NCBI GenBank assembly: GCA_047285805.1
Contig: JBJBCN010000003.1
Span: forward strand, 448,001 to 512,000
DNA: 64,000 nucleotides
Reading direction: 5' to 3'
Source: Synechococcus sp.
GTDB taxonomy: Bacteria > Cyanobacteriota > Cyanobacteriia > PCC-6307 > Cyanobiaceae
Shown: piece after piece, positions 10,748-20,786 of the stretch
How positions within the stretch are numbered: position 1 is the first letter of the stretch
Layout: each line of letters opens with the position of its first letter
Program-made: the position numbers and the translations under genes
Notes under the pieces: generated by a model
Told to the model about the DNA's origin: nothing
The model's database searches: none
The model's input: the letters and a program-made list of their open reading frames with translations, nothing else

Positions 10748-11485
10748 ATGGCTGGCCGCATTCTTCGTGTCCCCCTGCTGCAAAAGCTCCTGCAGGCCTG
10801 GCCCTGGTGGCTCCTGCTCGCGGCGTTGGCTGGGGTACGCCTGACTAAGGGGGCGGGCGTGCTGGATGCCTACGCCCTGCTGAGCCGTCCGTTTTGGCCG
10901 GGCCCAGCCCAGTCGGAATGGCTGCGCTCCGCCCAGCAGTTGGACCAGCAAACCCGGCTCCAACAGCTCGAGAGAGATAACGCTCGCTTGCGCGGGTTGA
11001 TTGCTCTGGATCAAGCCAAGGGTGCGCGCGTCTCGGCTCCGGTGATTTCCCGTCAGGCCTACGGGTGGTGGCAGCAGTTGGAGTTGGGTAAGGGCAGCCT
11101 GCAGGGGGTGCGTGTTGGCTCGGCTGTTCTGGCTCCAGGTGGGCTGATTGGTCGCGTGGCCAGCATCACCCCCACCACTGCCCGTGTCGCGCTGTTGACC
11201 AACAGCACCAGTCGCCTCGGCGTTTGGGTCCCGCGGGTCAAGCGCCACGGACTGTTGATTGGCGGCGATACGCCCCGGCCGCGGCTGGAGTTCCTCGATA
11301 AGGACACCGGGGTGCGCCCTGGGGATGTGGTGACCACGTCGCCGGCCAGCACCTTGCTGCCGCCCAACCTCACCGTCGGCGTTGTGCAGAGCGTCGATGA
11401 AGAGTTGGTCCCTGCCCCCGATGCCGTCGTTCAGCTGAGTGCACCGATCGACGCGGTCGATTGGGTCCAGTTGGTGTCCCGTTAG
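10748..11485 (+). CDS. mreC: Rod shape-determining protein MreC
   Basis: Follows mreB. TM helix, coiled coil (LERDNARLRGL), GGLIGRV and GDVVTTS. Confidence 0.9.
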   Translation: MAGRILRVPLLQKLLQAWPWWLLLAALAGVRLTKGAGVLDAYALLSRPFWPGPAQSEWLRSAQQLDQQTRLQQLERDNARLRGLIALDQAKGARVSAPVISRQAYGWWQQLELGKGSLQGVRVGSAVLAPGGLIGRVASITPTTARVALLTNSTSRLGVWVPRVKRHGLLIGGDTPRPRLEFLDKDTGVRPGDVVTTSPASTLLPPNLTVGVVQSVDEELVPAPDAVVQLSAPIDAVDWVQLVSR

Positions 11486-11487
11486 CC

Positions 11488-11982
11488 ATGGCTGGCTTGC
11501 ATCGCCATGGCCTCAGCGTGGCCTCTGCTTTGGCTGTCCCGGCGTTGACCTTGCTGTCCCCGGGCTGGTTAAACCTTGATGGTGTCTCTCCCAGCTGGGC
11601 CGTGCTTTGGCTGTTGCCCTGGGCCTTGGCGGATGGTCCGTTGTCCGGGGCGTTTGCGGGTTTGGCCTTGGGACTGTTGCTCGATGGTTTGCATGTCGGC
11701 CATGTCACCCAGCTGCCGGCCTTGGTGCTGTTGGGCTGGTGGTGGGGCCGTTTGGGCCGGCAGGGCAGTCCGATTGAGCGCAGCTTCAATTTGGGGCTAC
11801 TGGCGGCCCTCGGCAGCCTGCTCTTGGGGGGCAGTTTTCTGTTGCAGTGGCAGTTCCTTGGCGTTCTGTCGGAGGGTGGCTTGCAGCTGCTGGCTGCTCA
11901 GGCTTTGATCACGGCCTTGCTGGCACCCCTGATTTGTTCGCTGTTGCTGCTGCGTTGGCGAAAACAGCTCTCCGCCCGGTGA
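11488..11982 (+). CDS. mreD: Rod shape-determining protein MreD
   Basis: Hydrophobic membrane protein after mreC with GLALGLLLDGL. Confidence 0.85.
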   Translation: MAGLHRHGLSVASALAVPALTLLSPGWLNLDGVSPSWAVLWLLPWALADGPLSGAFAGLALGLLLDGLHVGHVTQLPALVLLGWWWGRLGRQGSPIERSFNLGLLAALGSLLLGGSFLLQWQFLGVLSEGGLQLLAAQALITALLAPLICSLLLLRWRKQLSAR

Positions 11983-13304
11983 TGAGGAGACCTCAACGTC
12001 TTGTCGCCGCGTTGTTGGCGGCCGCGGCCATTGCAGGTGTGCTATCGGCCTGTGCCCCGGCTCGACGCGAGGCCACAGAGCGCCAAGCGATCCAGTTTTG
12101 GACCTTGGATTTGTCCCCCAAATTCAATGACTACCTCAACGACGTCATTGCCCTATGGGAGCAGCAGAACCCTGGCTATGACGTGGTTTGGACTGATGTT
12201 CCCTGGGGCTCGGTCGAGAGAAAGCTGCTCGCGGCGGTGTTTGCACGTACAGCCCCCGATGTGGTGAACCTTAATCCGCTCTTCGCCGCCAATTTGGCCA
12301 GCAAAGGAGGTCTTCAGCCCCTTGAGCCGCTGCTGCCCCAGCGCTCTTCAACGACCTTTCTGCCGCAGATCTGGCAAGCCGGCCAAAGCGCCGCGCCCGA
12401 TGGGCAGTCGCAGCAGTTCGCCATTCCTTGGTATTTGACGGCTCGCATCACCCTGGCCAACACGCAGATCCTGAGTGAGGCCGGCTACGGCGCGCCCCCG
12501 CGCACCTGGGCCGAAGTGCCTTCCTACGCTGAAGCCGTAAAACGCCGTACGGGTCGCTACGCGCTCTTTGTCACGGTCGTTCCCGAGGACTCCGCCGAAC
12601 TGCTGGAGTCCCTGGTTCAGATGGGGGTGACGCTGCTGGATGAGCGTCAGCGGGCTGCGTTCAATACGCCGGCGGGGCGACGGGCGTTTGCCTTCTGGAG
12701 CGACCTGTATCGCCGTGGCTTGCTGCCCCGCGAGGTGGTCAGCCAGGGTTACCGGCGGGCGATTGAGCTCTACCAAAGCGGTGAACTGGCCCAGGTAGGT
12801 AGTGGAGCGGAGTTCCTGCGAAGCATCCAAACCAATGCGCCGCAGGTGGCCGCGGCCACCCGTCCCTATCCGCCCCTTACGGGGGCCAATGGTGCTGCCA
12901 ATGTCGCGGTGATGACCCTGGCGATTCCCCGCCAAAGCAAGGTGGCTGAGCCGGCGACTCGCTTCGCCCTGTTCCTGACCAACGCCAGCAACCAGGTTCG
13001 CTTTGCGGAGCAGGCTCGGGTGCTTCCCTCCTCCATCGGAGCGCTGCATCAGGTCGAGGTGGCGCTGGAGGCGGAGCAACCGGCATCGCAGCCGGAGCAA
13101 TTGGTGCGTCAGGCCCGTTTGCTCTCGGCTCAAACCTTGTCTTCGGCTCGGGTTCTCGTGCCGGCAAGTCCTGGCGTGAAGCGTCTTCAGGCCATCGTCT
13201 ACACCCAGCTCCAGCGGGCGATGTTGGGTCAGGTCGGCAGCGACGCGGCCTTGGCTGAGGCCGAGCGTCAGTGGAACGCCTATGCGGCGGGTCGTTGGCC
13301 CTAG
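11982..13304 (+). CDS. ABC transporter sugar-type substrate-binding lipoprotein
   Basis: Lipobox VLSAC, TAPDVVNLN and FAIPWYL. Confidence 0.85.
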   Translation: MRRPQRLVAALLAAAAIAGVLSACAPARREATERQAIQFWTLDLSPKFNDYLNDVIALWEQQNPGYDVVWTDVPWGSVERKLLAAVFARTAPDVVNLNPLFAANLASKGGLQPLEPLLPQRSSTTFLPQIWQAGQSAAPDGQSQQFAIPWYLTARITLANTQILSEAGYGAPPRTWAEVPSYAEAVKRRTGRYALFVTVVPEDSAELLESLVQMGVTLLDERQRAAFNTPAGRRAFAFWSDLYRRGLLPREVVSQGYRRAIELYQSGELAQVGSGAEFLRSIQTNAPQVAAATRPYPPLTGANGAANVAVMTLAIPRQSKVAEPATRFALFLTNASNQVRFAEQARVLPSSIGALHQVEVALEAEQPASQPEQLVRQARLLSAQTLSSARVLVPASPGVKRLQAIVYTQLQRAMLGQVGSDAALAEAERQWNAYAAGRWP

Positions 13305-13418
13305 TCCGGCCTTGAGAAATCCTTAAGACTCAGTCCGCTTAGCTCAGGTCGCCTGCACATGGCTATCGCCATGAGCGCTCTGAGAGCTAATGTTGCTCTT
13401 CTTCACGCTGTGTAGTGC

Positions 13419-14225
13419 ATGCCGCTCGACGAGCAGCAACGACAGAGTGATGCCTCATCTGTCGAGGCTTCGTCAGAGCTGTGCGCCACCGTGATGGTGG
13501 TTGATGACGAGCCGGCCGTGCGTCGCGTGCTGGTCATGCGTCTCCAGCTGGCCGGTTACAAGGTGGTCTGCGCCGAGGACGGCGAAGAAGCGCTCACCCT
13601 GTTCCACAAAGAGCAGCCCGACCTGGTGGTGCTCGATGTGATGCTCCCGAAGCTCGATGGCTTCGCGGTTTGCCGGCGTTTGCGGGCTGAGTCCTGCGTG
13701 CCGATCATTTTTCTCTCGGCCCTGGATGCGATTGCCGAGCGGGTGGCGGGGTTGGATCTGGGGGCTGACGACTATCTGCCCAAGCCCTTCAGTCCCAAGG
13801 AGCTGGAAGCGCGGATTGCCACGATTCTTCGGCGGTTGGGCCGCGGTTCGGCCATCAACGAGCCCCGTGATGTTTCCGCCGGGCAAGGAGTGCTTCGGGT
13901 TGGCGACCTGGTGGTCGACACCAACCGTCGTCAGGTCACCCGTGATGGTGAGCGCATTGGTCTGACCTATACAGAGTTCAGCCTGCTCGAGCTGCTGTTC
14001 CGGGAGCCTGGACGGGTGGTTCCTCGCGCCGAGATCCTTGAGCAGCTCTGGGGTTATCCGCCGCGCCGCGCTGCTGATCTGCGGGTTGTTGACGTCTATG
14101 TGGCCCGTCTGCGGGGCAAGCTCGAGCCCGATCCCCGCAACCCAGAGTTGATCCTGACCGTGCGCGGTACGGGCTACGCCTCCCAGCGCATTGGTGAGAA
14201 CGCCCCTATGGCGGCAGCCAGCTGA
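13419..14225 (+). CDS. srrA: OmpR-family response regulator, RpaB paralogue (SrrA-like)
   Basis: Receiver (VVDDE, LVVLDVMLP, KPFSPKELEARI) and wHTH (EFSLLELL, LRVVDVYVARLRGKLE, ILTVRGTGY). The paralogue assignment is from memory. Confidence 0.8.
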   Translation: MPLDEQQRQSDASSVEASSELCATVMVVDDEPAVRRVLVMRLQLAGYKVVCAEDGEEALTLFHKEQPDLVVLDVMLPKLDGFAVCRRLRAESCVPIIFLSALDAIAERVAGLDLGADDYLPKPFSPKELEARIATILRRLGRGSAINEPRDVSAGQGVLRVGDLVVDTNRRQVTRDGERIGLTYTEFSLLELLFREPGRVVPRAEILEQLWGYPPRRAADLRVVDVYVARLRGKLEPDPRNPELILTVRGTGYASQRIGENAPMAAAS

Positions 14226-14262
14226 TCCTGCAGGATGGCCCAACGCTGATTGATTCGGTCTT

Positions 14263-15762
14263 TTGTCTGAGCTGCGCGAGACCCGCCTCGAGAAAGGCAA
14301 GGCCCTAGCGGAGTTGGGCCAGGGCCCCTATGCCCTGCGCTTTGAGCCCAGTCACCGCACCGCTGAGCTGCAGCAGGCCCATGCGGACTTGCCCAACGGT
14401 GAAGAACGGGACGTGGCCGTCGCCGTGGCCGGCCGGGTGATGACCCGTCGCGTCATGGGCAAGCTCGCTTTTTTCACCCTGGCCGATGAGACCGGTCCGA
14501 TCCAACTCTTTATCGAGAAGGCGTCCCTCGGAGACGGATTTGGTCACCTCACCTCCTTGGTGGATGCCGGCGATCTGATTGGCGTCAGCGGCAGCTTGCG
14601 CCGCACTGATCGCGGCGAGCTCTCGGTGAAGGTGCAGAGCTGGCAGATGCTCAGCAAGAGCCTGCAGCCCCTCCCGGATAAGTGGCATGGCTTGGCCGAT
14701 GTCGAGAAGCGCTATCGCCAGCGTTATCTGGACCTGATCGTGTCGCCTGACACCAGGGAAACTTTCCGTCGCCGGGCCTTCGCGGTCAGTTCGATCCGCC
14801 GCTGGCTGGATGAACGGGGCTTCCTTGAGATTGAAACCCCGGTGCTGCAAAGCGTGCCGGGCGGTGCCGACGCCCGTCCCTTCGCGACCCATCACAACGC
14901 CCTGGACCTGCCGCTCACCCTGCGGATCGCCACCGAATTGCACCTCAAACGCCTTGTGGTGGGGGGATTTGAGCGGGTCTATGAGCTAGGTCGGATCTTC
15001 CGCAACGAAGGCATCAGCACCCGACACAACCCTGAGTTCACCTCGATTGAGGTGTATCAGGCCTATGTCGACTACAACGACATGATGGATCTCACGGAGC
15101 AACTGATTGCTCACGTGTGCCAGCAGGTCTGCGGTATGACCCGCATCAACTACCAGGGCACGGAGATCGACCTGACGCCCCCTTGGCGCCGGGCCACCAT
15201 GCACGAGCTGGTGCTCGACGCGACCGGCTTGGACTTCACTGGCTTCAGCAGCCGGGCTGAGGCGGCCGCGGCGATGCAGGCCCAGGGCTTGGCCGTGCCG
15301 GAACTGGCCGACTCGGTTGGACGTCTGCTGGTGGAAGCTTTTGATCAGAAGGTGGAGAGCACCCTGATCCAGCCCACCTTTGTGATCGACTACCCGGTCG
15401 AGAACTCCCCCTTGGCTCGGGCCCACCGCAGCAAGCCGGGTTTTGTGGAGCGCTTTGAGTTGTTCATTGTTGGCCGCGAAACCGCCAATGCCTTCAGCGA
15501 ATTAATCGATCCGGTTGATCAGCGTCAGCGGCTCGAAACGCAGATGGCCCGCAAAGCCGCTGGTGACGACGAGGCCCAGGAGGTGGATGAGGACTTCATT
15601 AATGCCTTGGAGGTGGGCATGCCCCCCACGGGCGGTTTAGGCATCGGCATTGACCGTCTCGTGATGCTGCTGACCGACAGCCCGTCCATCCGCGATGTGA
15701 TCGCCTTCCCCTTGCTGCGTCCTGAGGCGCGATTGGGCGCAGTGCCGCCTGCAATGGGATAA
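14263..15762 (+). CDS. lysS: Lysine--tRNA ligase (class II)
   Basis: [36 protein letters not shown] and [15 protein letters not shown]. Confidence 0.98.
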   Translation: MSELRETRLEKGKALAELGQGPYALRFEPSHRTAELQQAHADLPNGEERDVAVAVAGRVMTRRVMGKLAFFTLADETGPIQLFIEKASLGDGFGHLTSLVDAGDLIGVSGSLRRTDRGELSVKVQSWQMLSKSLQPLPDKWHGLADVEKRYRQRYLDLIVSPDTRETFRRRAFAVSSIRRWLDERGFLEIETPVLQSVPGGADARPFATHHNALDLPLTLRIATELHLKRLVVGGFERVYELGRIFRNEGISTRHNPEFTSIEVYQAYVDYNDMMDLTEQLIAHVCQQVCGMTRINYQGTEIDLTPPWRRATMHELVLDATGLDFTGFSSRAEAAAAMQAQGLAVPELADSVGRLLVEAFDQKVESTLIQPTFVIDYPVENSPLARAHRSKPGFVERFELFIVGRETANAFSELIDPVDQRQRLETQMARKAAGDDEAQEVDEDFINALEVGMPPTGGLGIGIDRLVMLLTDSPSIRDVIAFPLLRPEARLGAVPPAMG

Positions 15763-15806
15763 TCGACCTAGTAGGCAATCTCCCCCATTCGGGGGCTCGA
15801 GATTCG

Positions 15807-16070
15807 ATGAGTGGCGAACGCGTCGGCTTCCGCTTTAAGCACGCAGATGCTGTGGTGAAGCGCAATCCCCAGGGCCGCTCCCGCCGGGGCTGGGTGATGG
15901 AGCCGGTGGAGCAAACCACCAGCCGCGGAACCAAGATGCCCGCTTATCGGATTCGCTGGCGGGATAGCGAGCGCCCCGAGATCGTGCTGCAGCACATGCT
16001 GATCGCTGATCCCGATCCCACTCCGCCGCCCGAGGGCGTGAGCCTGGTTCCCCCCGAACCCAAGAAGTGA
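15807..16070 (+). CDS. Small conserved hypothetical protein
   Basis: Clean ORF with host-like codon usage, followed by a terminator. Confidence 0.75.
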   Translation: MSGERVGFRFKHADAVVKRNPQGRSRRGWVMEPVEQTTSRGTKMPAYRIRWRDSERPEIVLQHMLIADPDPTPPPEGVSLVPPEPKK

Positions 16071-16075
16071 TCTCT

Positions 16076-16100
16076 AAAGGCCTCGCTTAGGGGCCTTTTT
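16076..16100. terminator. Bidirectional intrinsic terminator
   Basis: aaaggcctc-gctta-ggggccttttt between convergent genes. Confidence 0.75.
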
Positions 16101-16894
16101 TATGCCCAGCCCTTGAGGCGATAGAGCGCTAGCCCCAGGTGTTCCTTGAGGGCCAGGCTGCTGAGGTAAAGCGCTCCTGCATCTGGCAGGAGGTCTTGAA
16201 CGATGGAGCCCGGTGTGGGGCGCCCAAAGCGTTGACGCTCTGGCAATAGGAAATCGCAGGCGACAGGAATCACCTCGAGGCCGCTGCGTTTTTCAAACGT
16301 GGCAATCGAGCGCGGCAGGTGAAACGCGCTCGTGACCAGCAGCACCGTCCTCCAGCCCCGCTCTTGTGCGAGTTGGCCGATATCGCGGGCTTCTTCGGCG
16401 GTGGTTTTCGAGAGGGGGTTGGGCAGGATCCGCTGGCTCGGCACCCCGAGTTCCTCGGCCAGGACCTTGGCAGAAAAGGCTTCGGCTGGGGCGGGATCAG
16501 CTGCGGTGAAGCTGATCTGGGCGCCGCTGGTCACCAGGGTGCCCGCCTTCCTCTGACGCATCAGCCGCATTCCTGTCAACAGGCGATCTCCGCCCTCTTT
16601 CACTTCGACGCTCTTCCTAGGTGGAATCGATGGCCACAGCCCCCCGCCCAACACGACCACGGCATCGGCGTTGGGGATCGCCTGTGGCGCGAGCGCCGTC
16701 GCCCGCTCCTCCAAGCCCCAGATCAACTGTCGGCTGGTGACTGGCATAGCAAACAGCCAGACCATGGCGATGCTCGAGGCTCCCAGGGCTCTGCTGAGTT
16801 TGCGGCCACTGCCCAGCCCAGCGAGTTGCAGCAGCAACCCCAGGCCGAGTGGATAGACCAGTAGCGGCAGCAGTTTGGAGAGCAGAAAGCCCAT
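16100..16894 (-). CDS. YdcF/DUF218 family membrane protein
   Basis: DAVVVLGGG, SKTTAEEA, LLVTSAFHLPRS and LKEHLG. Confidence 0.88.
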   Translation of the reverse strand: MGFLLSKLLPLLVYPLGLGLLLQLAGLGSGRKLSRALGASSIAMVWLFAMPVTSRQLIWGLEERATALAPQAIPNADAVVVLGGGLWPSIPPRKSVEVKEGGDRLLTGMRLMRQRKAGTLVTSGAQISFTAADPAPAEAFSAKVLAEELGVPSQRILPNPLSKTTAEEARDIGQLAQERGWRTVLLVTSAFHLPRSIATFEKRSGLEVIPVACDFLLPERQRFGRPTPGSIVQDLLPDAGALYLSSLALKEHLGLALYRLKGWA

Positions 16895-17295
16895 CAGAGC
16901 CCCTGCCGCTGGCGCAGCTCTTCAAGGGCCTGTTCCGTTTCAAAGCGGGCCCAGGCCGAATCCAAGTCCTCGCTGCGTGGGGCTGGCTGGTGCAGGTCTT
17001 GGCCGATGGCTTCCAGCTGTTGCCAGAGCTCGCGGCCCTGTTGCATCAGCTGCTCCAGGTGCTGCTGGGCCCGTTTGGCCAGGTCGTGGGCACCGGCGGC
17101 CTCGGCTTTTTGCGTCCGTTCTTGCCATTGCTTGATCTCCGCAGCGAGCTCGAGAAGCTGGCGCCGCAGCTGGGCGGCCGCATTAAGGTGATCTTGCCGG
17201 AGCCGCTCGCTCTGTTCGGGATGGGACTTGAGGAAGGCCTCGAGCTGTTGCTCCAGTTTTTGCTCCAGCTCATCCCACCAGGACCAAGAACTCAC
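16894..17295 (-). CDS. Hercynine metabolism protein (coiled coil, egt-associated)
   Basis: Coiled-coil ORF in an operon downstream of egtD, with C-terminal WARFETEQALEELR. Confidence 0.75.
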   Translation of the reverse strand: MSSWSWWDELEQKLEQQLEAFLKSHPEQSERLRQDHLNAAAQLRRQLLELAAEIKQWQERTQKAEAAGAHDLAKRAQQHLEQLMQQGRELWQQLEAIGQDLHQPAPRSEDLDSAWARFETEQALEELRQRQGL

Positions 17296-17519
17296 GCCGA
17301 GGGGGGCCGGGTAATCAGGGGCGCTTCGATCTCCTCCTGCAGGGGAGTGATCGCCGCCTCTCGCGAGCGAAGCAACAACTGGGTGAGCCGGGCGATGGCG
17401 CCCTCCCCGATGTTCTGCGTGGTCAGCTGTTCGAAGGCTTCTCCGTAGAGCTCCTCGAGACGTTCAATCAAGCCTTCCCGAATTTCCCGGGAGGCTCGCC
17501 GCTGATCTTCCCTCGCCAT
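17292..17519 (-). CDS. Hercynine metabolism small protein
   Basis: 75 aa with GEGAIARLTQLLLRSREAAITPLQEEIE, directly downstream of egtD. Confidence 0.78.
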   Translation of the reverse strand: MAREDQRRASREIREGLIERLEELYGEAFEQLTTQNIGEGAIARLTQLLLRSREAAITPLQEEIEAPLITRPPSA

Positions 17520-17538
17520 CGCACGTCCTTGAGGGCAT

Positions 17539-18516
17539 TCAGTCTGCCTGCTTCAGCAGGTGCAGCGATAGGTCATTGCGGGGATCACTCCAACGGGCCT
17601 CGCTGGCCCAGCCCGCCCGAGCGGCCAGGCTCACAAAGGCCTCGGGGCTGTACTTGTGGCTGGTTTCGGTGATAAAGGCCTCTCCTTCGGCGAAGTGCCA
17701 CCTGCGGCCACAGGCCTGCACTGTCTGATCACGCTGGCTGATCAGGGCCATTTCGATGTGGTTGGTTGCGGCGACCCAGCGGGCTTGGTAGCGGAATTGA
17801 TCGAGGTCGAAATCACCGCCGAGGTCGCGGTTTAAACGCTGCAGCAAGTTGAGGGCAAAGCGGGCGGAGACACCGGCTGCGTCGTCGTAGGCCGCCTCCA
17901 GCCGCTCCGTCGCCTTGGGCTGGTCAATCCCGATAAGCAGTGTTCCATCAGGACCAAGCAGATGCCGAAATTGCCGCAGCAGTGCCTCGGCGGCTGTGGT
18001 GGTGAAGTTCCCGAGGGAGCTGCCGGGGAAGAAACCTAGGCGCCGCTCCAGCAGCAAGGGGTGGGATGGGAGCTGCTCCAGTTGGCTGTAGTCGCAGCAG
18101 ATGCCCACCATCGGCACGCCTGGATGGTCCTTTTGGAGCCGCTCGCAGGCCTGGGCGAGATGGTCCGCGCTGATGTCGAGGGCGACGTAGGCCGGCTGCT
18201 GCAGCGCCTCGAGCAGCGGTCCAACCTTGCGGGCGCTGCCGGCACCGAATTCCACCAGGGTGCCGTCCCGAAGGGCCGCGGCCATGGCCATGGCCTGGTC
18301 TTCGAGCAGTGCGGTTTCGGTCTTAGTCAGGCTGTATTCGGGCTGCTGGCAAATCAGGTCGAAGAGGCGAGAGCCCTCCGCGTCGTAGAGAAACCACGCG
18401 GGCAATTGTTTGGGGGTTTGCCTCAGGCCCTCAATCACCAGCTGGCGCATGTCTGCGGCGGCGGGATGCAGATTGAGCAGTTCGGGGATGCCGCTGCCTT
18501 GCAGGGTGCTGGTCAT
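17539..18516 (-). CDS. egtD: L-histidine N-alpha-trimethyltransferase EgtD
   Basis: LYDAEGSRLFDLICQQPEY, VEFGAGS, FFPGSSLGNF, AYDDAAGVSARF and TETSHKY. Confidence 0.95.
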   Translation of the reverse strand: MTSTLQGSGIPELLNLHPAAADMRQLVIEGLRQTPKQLPAWFLYDAEGSRLFDLICQQPEYSLTKTETALLEDQAMAMAAALRDGTLVEFGAGSARKVGPLLEALQQPAYVALDISADHLAQACERLQKDHPGVPMVGICCDYSQLEQLPSHPLLLERRLGFFPGSSLGNFTTTAAEALLRQFRHLLGPDGTLLIGIDQPKATERLEAAYDDAAGVSARFALNLLQRLNRDLGGDFDLDQFRYQARWVAATNHIEMALISQRDQTVQACGRRWHFAEGEAFITETSHKYSPEAFVSLAARAGWASEARWSDPRNDLSLHLLKQAD

Positions 18517-19694
18517 GGTTGGCCCCCCATCGCCAGGCGAATCCCGCTAGCCATCCAACGGCTGTGGGGGGGGTAGAAGTTGCGGTAGGTCACGCGTTCG
18601 TGGCCGGCCGGGGTCAAGAAACAGCTGCCCCGCAGCACGAACTGCGAGCTCATGAATTTGCCGTTGTATTCACCAATGGCTCCTGCGGCGGGCGCAAAGC
18701 CCGGATAGGGCCGGTAGGGGCTGCCGGTCCATTGCCACAGGCAGCCAAACAGCTGCTCGAGCTGCCCGCTGCTTGCCGCCAGTTCCCATTCGGCTTCCTC
18801 GGGGAGGCGGGCCCCAGCCCAGCGGGCGTAGGCATCGGCCTCAAACCAACTGATGTGTCTGACGGGGGCGTCTGGATGGCGTGCCCTCCGGCCAGCGAGG
18901 CTGAACTCCCAGTCACCGCGCCAGTAGCGCGGGGCTTGCCATCCCCGTTCTTGCACCAGGGCCCAGCCCTCATTCATCCAGAGATCGGAGCGTTGATATC
19001 CCCCGTCGGCGATGAAGGCCGCGTACTCGCCATTGCTCACTAGCCCATGGCTGATGGCACAGGGTTCCAGCCAGATCCGATGCCGGGGCGCCTCGTTGTC
19101 GAAGTGGAAGACCTCGGAGTCAGGCTCTAGGCCAATCTCCACAAGGCCTCCCTTCAAGCTATGCCAGCCCCGGGGATTTGGGCTGCTCCAGCTGGCGTCG
19201 TAGGCCTTTTCGGGGAGGGGGTTGGCGGCGGGTTCGAGCGGGTTGCGGCTGAAGCCGTCCAGGAGATCCATCAGCAGCAGCTCTTGGTGCTGCTGTTCGT
19301 GCTGCAGCCCCAGTTCCACCAGCGCAGCGGGCAGCTCATCCAGTTCGGACATCAGGGCCTCACTGACCCGCTGGCGCCAGGCCAGCACTTCGGTGATCGA
19401 GGGCCGGCTCAACAGGCCCCGCTCCGGCCTGGGGTGCCGTTCGCCGACCGCCTCGTAATAGCTGTTGAAGAGGTAGCGCCAGCGGCTGTCGGCGCAGCTG
19501 TAACCCTCCCGCTGGCTCAGCAGAAACTCCTCGAAAAACCAGGTGGTGTGGGCCAGATGCCATTTCGCTGGACTGGCGTCCGGCATCCCCTGCAGGCAGA
19601 GGTCTTCGGCTTCCAGGCCCTCAATTAGGTCCTCCGTTGCACGGCGGATCTGCTGCAGCCGCGGCAAGACGGCGGCAGCTGAGGTCGACACCAT
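18513..19694 (-). CDS. egtB: Ergothioneine sulfoxide synthase EgtB
   Basis: SPAKWHLAHTTWFFE, FNSYYE, iron ligands HEQQHQE, and an FGE domain (FDNEAPRH, GEYNGKFM). Confidence 0.94.
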   Translation of the reverse strand: MVSTSAAAVLPRLQQIRRATEDLIEGLEAEDLCLQGMPDASPAKWHLAHTTWFFEEFLLSQREGYSCADSRWRYLFNSYYEAVGERHPRPERGLLSRPSITEVLAWRQRVSEALMSELDELPAALVELGLQHEQQHQELLLMDLLDGFSRNPLEPAANPLPEKAYDASWSSPNPRGWHSLKGGLVEIGLEPDSEVFHFDNEAPRHRIWLEPCAISHGLVSNGEYAAFIADGGYQRSDLWMNEGWALVQERGWQAPRYWRGDWEFSLAGRRARHPDAPVRHISWFEADAYARWAGARLPEEAEWELAASSGQLEQLFGCLWQWTGSPYRPYPGFAPAAGAIGEYNGKFMSSQFVLRGSCFLTPAGHERVTYRNFYPPHSRWMASGIRLAMGGQP

Positions 19695-19778
19695 CCCAAC
19701 TGCTCCTGCTGAGCGGACCCTAGAAGCCCAACCCTGTTGCATCAACGCTTCTACGATCACTGCAACGCAAGGAAGGGC

Positions 19779-20780
19779 ATGGGCGCCAGCACTCCGGGGA
19801 TTGCATCCGGCTTCGTCGGTGCGGTGGGCCAGACCCCGCTGATTCGTCTGAACGCCCTGAGCGCGCTGACCGGCTGCGAGATCCTCGGCAAGGCCGAGTT
19901 CATGAACCCAGGCGGGTCAGTTAAGGACCGGGCGGCGTTGGGAATTTTGTTGGAGGCCGAAGAGCAGGGCTTGCTCATGTCCGGCGGCACCGTGGTCGAG
20001 GGCACGGCGGGCAACACCGGGATCGGCCTGACACACCTCTGCAATGCCCGCGGTTACCGGGCGGTGATCGTGATCCCGGAGACCCAATCTGCTGAGAAGA
20101 TCGGACTGTTGCGCAGCCTGGGGGCTGAGGTCCGCACCGTTCCCGCCGTTCCCTACAAGGACCCCAACAATTACGTCCGCCTCTCAGGCCGCATTGCTGA
20201 AGAGATCCCAGGGGCGGTCTGGGCGAATCAGTTCGACAACCTCGCCAACCGTCGTGCCCATTACCGAACCACGGGTCCGGAGATCTGGGAACAAACCGGC
20301 GGCCAGGTGGATGCCTGGGTGGCTGCCACTGGCACCGGCGGCACCTACGCCGGTGTGGCGCTCTATTTGAAGGAGCAAAAGCCCCAGCTGCGCTGCGTTC
20401 TTGCTGATCCCCATGGCAGTGCCCTCTATAGCTGGGCTACTAGCGGCGAACTCAGCAGCGAGGGCAACTCGATCACGGAGGGCATTGGCAACAGCCGCGT
20501 GACCGCGAACCTGGAGGGGGCTCCGGTGGATGACGCAGTCCGGATCCATGATCAGGACGCGCTGCAGACGATTTACGACCTGCTTTGGCAGGAGGGCCTG
20601 TTCCTCGGCGGCTCAGTCGGCATCAATGTGGCCGCGGCCGTCAAGACAGCCCGTCGGATGGGGCCCGGCCACACCATCGTCACGGTCCTCTGCGATAGCG
20701 GAGATCGCTATCGGTCACGCCTTTATGACGGGGAGTGGCTGAAGGGCAAAGGTCTGGAGCAACCTGAGCGCGCGGCCTGA
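19779..20780 (+). CDS. cysK: Cysteine synthase A family (PLP)
   Basis: KAEFMNPGGSVKDRAA, EGTAGNTG, NQFDN, GTGGT and TEGIG. Confidence 0.9.
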   Translation: MGASTPGIASGFVGAVGQTPLIRLNALSALTGCEILGKAEFMNPGGSVKDRAALGILLEAEEQGLLMSGGTVVEGTAGNTGIGLTHLCNARGYRAVIVIPETQSAEKIGLLRSLGAEVRTVPAVPYKDPNNYVRLSGRIAEEIPGAVWANQFDNLANRRAHYRTTGPEIWEQTGGQVDAWVAATGTGGTYAGVALYLKEQKPQLRCVLADPHGSALYSWATSGELSSEGNSITEGIGNSRVTANLEGAPVDDAVRIHDQDALQTIYDLLWQEGLFLGGSVGINVAAAVKTARRMGPGHTIVTVLCDSGDRYRSRLYDGEWLKGKGLEQPERAA

Positions 20781-20786
20781 TCCACG

